Of a stretch of 64,000 bases of DNA, positions 57,206 through 64,000 are shown one piece after another (the first letter of the stretch is position 1; every line of letters begins with the position of its first letter). The position numbers and the translations under genes are program-made. The notes beneath the pieces were generated by a model. It ran no database searches. It was given only the letters and a program-made list of their open reading frames with translations, and had not been told where the DNA came from. The stretch is from positions 1,388-65,387 of IMG/VR virus record IMGVR_UViG_3300030202_003256. One strand, 5' to 3'. The DNA comes from a virus. Its lineage: Duplodnaviria > Caudoviricetes.

Positions 57206-58321
57206 ATGACTGGAACAACTAATTATAAAAATATTATAAATAACTTTGTTGGAAACAGCAAAGCTTATAGTCTAGATGTTAAGAATAGATTAACAAACCT
57301 TTTTTTATTTAACAATATGGGTGTTGTGGAAGAACTTATGCATTCTAGAACTTTTAATTTAGGAGAACTAGGTGGTAACGAAAGTATTGGGGGTTTAATA
57401 ACTAATCTAGTGGGTGTACCAAATGACCTCTTCCAAAGAGTTAATAATTATTACACAACACTTAAAACAGCAATCAGTGCTGAAACAACAAGTATACAAG
57501 TAAGTTTTAATACACTAAACCCAACAGATAACGAAAAGCTGTATATTAAAGAAACACTAAACAAAACACTAGAACATCAATTTGAGTATATGACTAATAA
57601 TCTACTTCTAGTCGTAAATAGTTTAAGAAAATCACAATTTGATTTAACCAAAGTTGTGGACAAATTAAATTTTATAACAGTAAATGCTTATGACGGGTAT
57701 TACCAAAATACTTTTGGTGGGTTAGTCACAACACAACAACTAACATCATCAACAACAACACTGATACAAGCTTATACAGGTGATAGTTTAAGTTTAAGTA
57801 ATTTTATTACTGAATATGTTAACCCTATTTTTACAAGAAATTATCCAGCAGCAACATTGATAAGAGGTATAGAATATTTATTCTTTTCTAATCAGGTATA
57901 CACAAATAAGAGTTTATCGTTTAGTTTTGATGGCAGCTATGAAGAAGAATTGAAAAAATTAATAAGATTTAGAGAAGACCAACTATACAATAATCTACTA
58001 AAAGTGGATGAAAATGGTTTTAAAGGTATAAAAGTAAGAACTAAAAGAGGTTTTGAACCACTTTTAAACGACATGATTAAAACTTGGATTAATTATGATT
58101 TAAAATTTTTTAGACCTAGAATTACAAATGGTATAGAAACCGGTTATGAGATTTTAGACGGTCAACTAACTTCATACACTAGTGATTTTAATATTGAGTT
58201 TGGTACCACAACAGGTGCAACGGCACAAAATTTATTGAGAAATAATTTACGTGAAAGAACTGGAGGTGTACAAGATAATAAATTTAATTTTAAATTAGAA
58301 AGACAACTAATTATTAGTTAA
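57206..58321 (+). CDS. Hypothetical structural protein
   Basis: 371-aa ORF in baseplate operon. Confidence 0.6.
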   Translation: MTGTTNYKNIINNFVGNSKAYSLDVKNRLTNLFLFNNMGVVEELMHSRTFNLGELGGNESIGGLITNLVGVPNDLFQRVNNYYTTLKTAISAETTSIQVSFNTLNPTDNEKLYIKETLNKTLEHQFEYMTNNLLLVVNSLRKSQFDLTKVVDKLNFITVNAYDGYYQNTFGGLVTTQQLTSSTTTLIQAYTGDSLSLSNFITEYVNPIFTRNYPAATLIRGIEYLFFSNQVYTNKSLSFSFDGSYEEELKKLIRFREDQLYNNLLKVDENGFKGIKVRTKRGFEPLLNDMIKTWINYDLKFFRPRITNGIETGYEILDGQLTSYTSDFNIEFGTTTGATAQNLLRNNLRERTGGVQDNKFNFKLERQLIIS

Positions 58322-58326
58322 AAATT

Positions 58327-58644
58327 ATGAGTTACTATAATAGATATAATGAGTTTGTGGTTAATGGTGATTATATAATGGTGCCAGGTATTGAAATAAC
58401 TAAAAAATCTGGTGACAGGCAAGTGGTTTACAAAGTTGGAAAAAGTAGGTTAGATAAATTTTCTCAACAATATTATGGTTCACCTTATTATGGCTGGTTA
58501 ATTATGCAAGCAAACCCATCATTTGGGGGGCAAGAATGGAATATACCAGATGGAACAATAATAAGGATACCATACCCATTAATGCAATCACTAGAGGACT
58601 ATAAATCAAAACTAGACCAATATTTCCTCTATTATGGCAGATAA
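58327..58644 (+). CDS. LysM/gp53-like baseplate wedge protein
   Basis: RLDKFSQQYYGSP.YGWLIMQANP..I..G..IRIP. Confidence 0.8.
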   Translation: MSYYNRYNEFVVNGDYIMVPGIEITKKSGDRQVVYKVGKSRLDKFSQQYYGSPYYGWLIMQANPSFGGQEWNIPDGTIIRIPYPLMQSLEDYKSKLDQYFLYYGR

Positions 58645-61600
58645 ATTAAACTCAGGTGACATCCTAACCAACCCAGTTGGTAATAACCTTGTTGTAGTAG
58701 ACCCTAATAAAGTAGTGGGGTCAAATGGGCAAGCTGTAGATAGATTAGTCGACGCTGAAGATTTAGTTATGTACGCTAATTTATCAGCTAGAATTTACCC
58801 TAGAAGTAAAATTATTGCGGGAGCTGCCGCTGGTGATGAGATAAAAGTAGAATTGTTTGATGGTGAATTAAATTTTTTAAAACCTGGTGGTAAGAAATTT
58901 ATGGATTCAGATTGGACTGAAGGATTTACTGACCCAGATTTTGCTAAAAATAAAAAAAGAGGTAGTAGTGGTGTCGAACCATCTAAATTTTTTGATAATA
59001 GTAAAGATTTTGGGGGTTTCGGAATAACCTCTATAAGTGTTAAGGTTAATTCTTCATATATACCACAAGTAAGTATAAATTTTACAGACGTTAGAGGAAA
59101 AACACTTTTTGAACAAGCAAAAACAAATACACCATACACAGCTTTTTTTCACTTACCATACCCGACATTCTTTTTAACATTAAAGGGTTACTATGGTAAA
59201 GCCGTACAATACCAACTAACACTAGAAAAGTTTGTGTCAAGATTCGACCCAAGTAGTGGTGACTACTTAGTTACTTGTGACTTTAAAGGTAACCACATAG
59301 CATTATTAAGGGATATAAACATGCACCAATGTGTTACAGCCCCATACATGTATCCAACCAGAGTAGAGGGAGAAAATATTACAGCTACTAAAGGTAGACA
59401 GGTAATGCATAATGTTTACGACATATACAAAAGAGGTAAACTCATACCCCAAGACTTTCCAGAATATACTATAGTAGAATTAATAGATAAGATTAAATCT
59501 TTAGATAGAGATTTAGGTAAACTATATGGACAAAAAAATTTAACAGTAACCACAGATAAACTAAAATATGAAGAAACTTTAGATAAACTAAAAGAACAAT
59601 TTAAAACTGATTGGTTAATGGAATACCTTGCAACTGATTTAGGTGAACAAGTAGAAATAATAATTAGTGAGGTTGATGGTCAAGGAAATGCTGTAAGTAA
59701 AAAAGTTTGGGTCACAGCCTACCCACTTAAAGGTATTGGTTTTATTAACGAAGAAGTTAAAAAGGGCAATGGTAATAGAAGTGAATTATTGACAAACGCT
59801 GAGGTAGATGCAAATGAGGGATTAATAAAAACCATCCACCCAGCTTTAACTAAATTAGACCAAAATAACACATTTGGTTTTTTTGGTGACTATAAGGTTA
59901 ATCAATATCTTGAAGAGGATATAATACAGATGTATGAAAGTATGAAAGTTAATGGTCCAGAAGGTATTCAAGTAGAAAATACTGAAAATCTAAAACCAAC
60001 AACTGATAATGATGGTAATACAACACCAGACTTAGAACCTTGGTTTATTACTAATATATCAGAACAATCATTTTACGGTAAATGGAATTTACAAAAAAAA
60101 GATTTTGATAAAAAGGCAAAAGAAATGTCAGAAGTTGTTTCTGCTGAGTTGAATGAAAGACTACAAAACTATTTAGGATTTGTACCAACAATAAGAAATG
60201 TTTTTGCTGTTATTTTAGCGGGAGCTGACACATTTCTAAGACTCTTAGACGATGCCCACACAAAAGCTATGAAAGTTAGAAGTAACCCGAATAGATTAAA
60301 TGTGGCAAATAGTTCCAATGACACACCAAAAAATACTGCAGCGGCAAATGAAATATGTTATCCTTGGCCACAATACTATGTTGTAGAAGAAGAGGGTGAG
60401 TGTGGGATTACTTCAGCTGTTTTAAAATATCCCGGAGCAAAAGATGTTATAGATGTGACACAAGGTAGTAATAAAGTGTATTGGCCTGAGGTAGAATTTG
60501 TTGAGGAATACGTTAAAAGTACAACCTATCGTAATAGTGATTATAAATTTGCTACAGTTAATAGTGGAATCGTTAAACAATTCACACCTATTAATGTAAG
60601 AGATTGGCCATCCGATACAGTACCGTACCAAACTAAAGATAACGTACAATTTCTATTTGAAATATTAGATAGAGCACAAGCAGTGGTAACATTTGGGAGT
60701 GTTATGACAAGGTACCAACAACTATCTTCACAATCCATAATTGGTGAAACTTTAAATGAGTTAGCCGGGTACGAAGCACAAAATATAAATAAACAAATAG
60801 AAGAAAATCCAAAACTACAAGAGTTTATTGGTAGTTTAAATAGTTTTGAGGATATAGAACTAAAGTTAAAATCTACCTCACCATATAATTTTACTATATA
60901 TGAAAATTTTGGGGTAGTAACACCATTTAACCAACAAACATTCAGAATTGAATATAGGCCAAATAACCCATTTGAAATCATATCTAAAAACTTCCCTTTA
61001 AATTTGGAAGCTTTAAACGTTTCTAAAACCACAGGATTTTTTGATGTAGCACCAATTATTTATAACAGTTCTGCTAGTTGGGTGGTAAATAATTTTGCTG
61101 GTGGTAAACTAATATCTGGTCCTGGAAATTTTTATGGTATTGGTGAAGGTTTGTATTATGATGTAAATCGTACAGGAGTTTTAAAAGACAAGGAAAATAT
61201 TAGTTATCTTACAGATTACGCCATATGTAGTAGTCCGTTTGAACCTAGTGCTTGGAGAACATCCACCCCTGTAGGTCCGATTAGTGATAAAAATATAGTC
61301 AATGAATATTACCAACTTAAACTAGAGTATATTAATACTTTAACATATACTGAGGGTGACATACAAAACTCTCTAACACCAGTAAATTTAGTAAACCCAC
61401 CCACAATATTTAATCAAGACATAGACCAAACAGTTAAAAGACTTACTTCTATGTTAAACACCCCTTATTTTATAAATGCATTATTAGATGGGGTTACTAA
61501 TGAAAAAGCTGGTACAGCCAATCCTTATACTTTAGGGGCGTACTTATTTTTAAATTCACTACCTTTAATAAACTTTAGAGATAGAGTTAGTTTTAAGGGT

Positions 61601-64000
61601 AGTTATAAATTTTCTACTGGTTCTGAATTATCAGATTACGTGGCTGTTATGTTCAATCAAATGCCTGCTCTACATAAGGTGCCGGTTTCTTTATTATTAA
61701 AAATAGGTTCTATATGGTGGAGATATAAAAAATTCGTAGAGACCGACACAGACCCAATAACATCAATTTGGAATAATGTGGGTATTAACCCAGCTACTGT
61801 ATATGACCCAGTCAATAATTCATTAAATACCCAATTTACTTTTACTGGTGCTACTGACGGGGTTTCATACCAATACACCACAGAAGATACTGTTAATAGT
61901 AGTGTAAGTGTTGGTGTGTATCCTGGATTAATAGAAGCAATTCAATATATAACAACTGATAATGTTTCTAGTTATACACCACCAGTACCAGGTGCACCAC
62001 TAAATCTTATATTTAATCCACTAGTATTCCCTAACGTAGATTTAAATTTAACCATTGAAAATGAGACCGACTTATCGTTTAACACAACAGATGGCACAAA
62101 AGTAAATTACTACAATGTTTACCTAGATTCAAAAAATATTAACGATGAAAGTTTGGGTGTAAAATTTGGTAATAATAGAAAACCGGAAAGATACTTTATA
62201 TTATACCCTTCTTGTGGTGGGATAAAATGGACTGAAGCTCCAGCTTTTGAAGATGAAGGTTCACTAAACCCAAGTGTTGCTGGTAACAACGTAAATTCCT
62301 TACATAACGGAGCCTCAAGGTTATTATGGCATTCATCTCCAAAAGGATACTTTCAACACAAATCAACCTATAAACCCCCTACTAATAGATACTTTAAAGA
62401 AACAAACCCAAATACTAAAAAACAATCAACACCCTGGTCTCTAATCGAAAACCCTAACTACTCCACAATTGAAGAATTAAGAGGTGTATTTAACAAGTAC
62501 CAACTTGACGAGTTTGAAAAAATGTTTTTAGATTATGCGACTGAAAACTTTAACCCAACCTCACACGGTGGTACGTTTAAAAATTTCATAAAAGAAATTA
62601 CTATAATAGAAGATTTTAACTTAAGTGAATTAGCGTTATCTGTGGATGTTATAAATGCTAGAGAATTATTAATAGGCCAAGCTATAAAGTTTGAGGAGTC
62701 GGTAAAGAATTTTTTATTCACCTATGTTGATTACGCTCACAACTCAACAACAAATTTAGATATGGTAGTTAACGGGTCTACCGTACTACAAAATTTAATG
62801 GCTCTATACACTAAAAATACAGATTATAATTTTGGTACCTATACAGAATCAACCACACTCATCCCAACAACACCAGGGGTTTCTTTCCCATCTTTAACAC
62901 AAGAACATATAGATATGCAAATTAATGTGGGTGAACATTATATAGGAGGCACACCTTTTGATTTACTTGTACCCACAAATACTAGTAACCCATTCTATAA
63001 CTTTTTTGTGACAGCTAGACCAGATGGTAACGGTATTACATTTAACACAAGTAACATAGAGGCTTTTGCACCAATCATTAGAATGTATGGTACATATTGT
63101 GCTACACAAGGTAATATACCAGCTCACGAATATTTTACATTATTAGTTAATGAATTAGAAGTGTTAAATAATAAAGAAGAAAATTATGTTAACACTATTT
63201 TAAAAGAAACGAAGAAAAAAATAAAAAAAGAACAGAATCTTAGTAAATTAAAAGAACCAAACGATAGACCAAATGTTGAGGCAGACGACCTAAAACTAGA
63301 ACTTTATACTGGATTTAAGACACTAAACGATAGATGGGTTTCTGGTATTAACTTAACAGCTACAGGGGGAACATTATTTGAAAGATTCCTATTTTTAGAT
63401 AGAGCTAATAGAGATATAGGTAGTGAAGCTATAGTTAATATATGGGATATTTTAAAACTAGATTCACCTTTTGATGATGCAAGTTCTAAAACACTAACTC
63501 AAAGTATAGCTAGTTATTTAAGTATTATTTTAGCTAATAACTACTTTAATTTTATCCCACTACCATCATATATAAATTTCTTTAATGTGGAAGGGGATAA
63601 TTCACAACTACAAGGAAATGCAATGTTCGGTACTTTTACAACAGTTGATTACCTAGATTCTAAACCAGCTTTTCTATGTCAATACGTCGGTAAAACATCA
63701 AGTCAACTAGACGTTAAAACATCAAATAATGGATATAGTACAGATACCTTTAATGTAAATAACACAGCTAATAATCCCTTACTCGCCGAAGAATGTGGTG
63801 ATAGAAATCTCTCTAATAAAGTAATGGGGTTCAACGTGGATTTCGGAATACCAAACCAAAACATATTTGAATCAGTAACTTTGGACCAATCACAGTATCA
63901 AAATACCGCTGAGAGTTATAAAATTTTACAAGAGATGGCAAATTCAGGTGGTGGAGGAGCTACAACAATGGCATCACTTTCTCTATTTAATGTTTACGCT
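58634..64000 (+). CDS. Very large structural protein (>1789 aa, 3' truncated), probable baseplate hub; not in ORF track
   Basis: ATG 58634 (MADKLNSG..); same frame reads open at the window end (..SLSLFNVYA) and no complete ORF is tracked here; FGITSI.V..P.V.I.FTDVRG..FF.LPYP.F.L.LKGYYG. Confidence 0.85.
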   Translation, partial: MADKLNSGDILTNPVGNNLVVVDPNKVVGSNGQAVDRLVDAEDLVMYANLSARIYPRSKIIAGAAAGDEIKVELFDGELNFLKPGGKKFMDSDWTEGFTDPDFAKNKKRGSSGVEPSKFFDNSKDFGGFGITSISVKVNSSYIPQVSINFTDVRGKTLFEQAKTNTPYTAFFHLPYPTFFLTLKGYYGKAVQYQLTLEKFVSRFDPSSGDYLVTCDFKGNHIALLRDINMHQCVTAPYMYPTRVEGENITATKGRQVMHNVYDIYKRGKLIPQDFPEYTIVELIDKIKSLDRDLGKLYGQKNLTVTTDKLKYEETLDKLKEQFKTDWLMEYLATDLGEQVEIIISEVDGQGNAVSKKVWVTAYPLKGIGFINEEVKKGNGNRSELLTNAEVDANEGLIKTIHPALTKLDQNNTFGFFGDYKVNQYLEEDIIQMYESMKVNGPEGIQVENTENLKPTTDNDGNTTPDLEPWFITNISEQSFYGKWNLQKKDFDKKAKEMSEVVSAELNERLQNYLGFVPTIRNVFAVILAGADTFLRLLDDAHTKAMKVRSNPNRLNVANSSNDTPKNTAAANEICYPWPQYYVVEEEGECGITSAVLKYPGAKDVIDVTQGSNKVYWPEVEFVEEYVKSTTYRNSDYKFATVNSGIVKQFTPINVRDWPSDTVPYQTKDNVQFLFEILDRAQAVVTFGSVMTRYQQLSSQSIIGETLNELAGYEAQNINKQIEENPKLQEFIGSLNSFEDIELKLKSTSPYNFTIYENFGVVTPFNQQTFRIEYRPNNPFEIISKNFPLNLEALNVSKTTGFFDVAPIIYNSSASWVVNNFAGGKLISGPGNFYGIGEGLYYDVNRTGVLKDKENISYLTDYAICSSPFEPSAWRTSTPVGPISDKNIVNEYYQLKLEYINTLTYTEGDIQNSLTPVNLVNPPTIFNQDIDQTVKRLTSMLNTPYFINALLDGVTNEKAGTANPYTLGAYLFLNSLPLINFRDRVSFKGSYKFSTGSELSDYVAVMFNQMPALHKVPVSLLLKIGSIWWRYKKFVETDTDPITSIWNNVGINPATVYDPVNNSLNTQFTFTGATDGVSYQYTTEDTVNSSVSVGVYPGLIEAIQYITTDNVSSYTPPVPGAPLNLIFNPLVFPNVDLNLTIENETDLSFNTTDGTKVNYYNVYLDSKNINDESLGVKFGNNRKPERYFILYPSCGGIKWTEAPAFEDEGSLNPSVAGNNVNSLHNGASRLLWHSSPKGYFQHKSTYKPPTNRYFKETNPNTKKQSTPWSLIENPNYSTIEELRGVFNKYQLDEFEKMFLDYATENFNPTSHGGTFKNFIKEITIIEDFNLSELALSVDVINARELLIGQAIKFEESVKNFLFTYVDYAHNSTTNLDMVVNGSTVLQNLMALYTKNTDYNFGTYTESTTLIPTTPGVSFPSLTQEHIDMQINVGEHYIGGTPFDLLVPTNTSNPFYNFFVTARPDGNGITFNTSNIEAFAPIIRMYGTYCATQGNIPAHEYFTLLVNELEVLNNKEENYVNTILKETKKKIKKEQNLSKLKEPNDRPNVEADDLKLELYTGFKTLNDRWVSGINLTATGGTLFERFLFLDRANRDIGSEAIVNIWDILKLDSPFDDASSKTLTQSIASYLSIILANNYFNFIPLPSYINFFNVEGDNSQLQGNAMFGTFTTVDYLDSKPAFLCQYVGKTSSQLDVKTSNNGYSTDTFNVNNTANNPLLAEECGDRNLSNKVMGFNVDFGIPNQNIFESVTLDQSQYQNTAESYKILQEMANSGGGGATTMASLSLFNVYA

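Noticed and set aside
1-64000. Stop-codon reassignment, as seen in some large Bacteroidota phages
   Set aside because: Conserved genes are full length in code 11, and TAG ends genes at expected C-termini (sheath, gp15-like, gmd)
1-64000. tRNA, rRNA, CRISPR array, integrase, transposase, diversity-generating retroelement
   Set aside because: No cloverleaf, repeat-spacer array, recombinase or reverse transcriptase motifs seen; intergenic gaps are mostly too short

Overview
AT-rich (about 30% GC by eye), densely coding 64-kb segment of a large T4-like (jumbo) myophage read in the standard genetic code. The host is very likely Bacteroidota, based on TTTG-N19/20-TAnnTTTG promoters, A-rich leaders without Shine-Dalgarno sequences, a DUF4494-like gene and an SC-EKE lipoprotein. 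The window holds (i) virion genes: 3' part of a gp23-like major capsid, spike, neck gp13/gp14, gp15, sheath, tube, tail chaperone, tape measure, baseplate genes and a >1789-aa ORF running off the right end; (ii) a ~22-kb minus-strand glycan locus with about 11 soluble glycosyltransferase-like genes, GDP-colitose/fucose and GDP-perosamine enzymes, methyltransferases and a deacetylase, ending in a gp55-like late sigma factor; (iii) DNA polymerase B, an SNF2-like helicase, dUTPase and PhoH. Main observations not in the ORF track: a 21-aa, 9-Cys metallothionein-like gene; a 59-aa CDGSH Fe-S gene; a candidate +1 frameshift (UUU UUU CGU C) in the tail chaperone; a dense [S/T]-[G/A]-x-T motif in virion proteins that may be a glycosylation sequon for the phage-encoded glycan machinery; a TATTTATW late-promoter motif before 16 genes; a shared amphipathic peptide tag on many small late proteins; and apparent GATC avoidance. 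All family calls come from motif recognition by eye; no database search was run.
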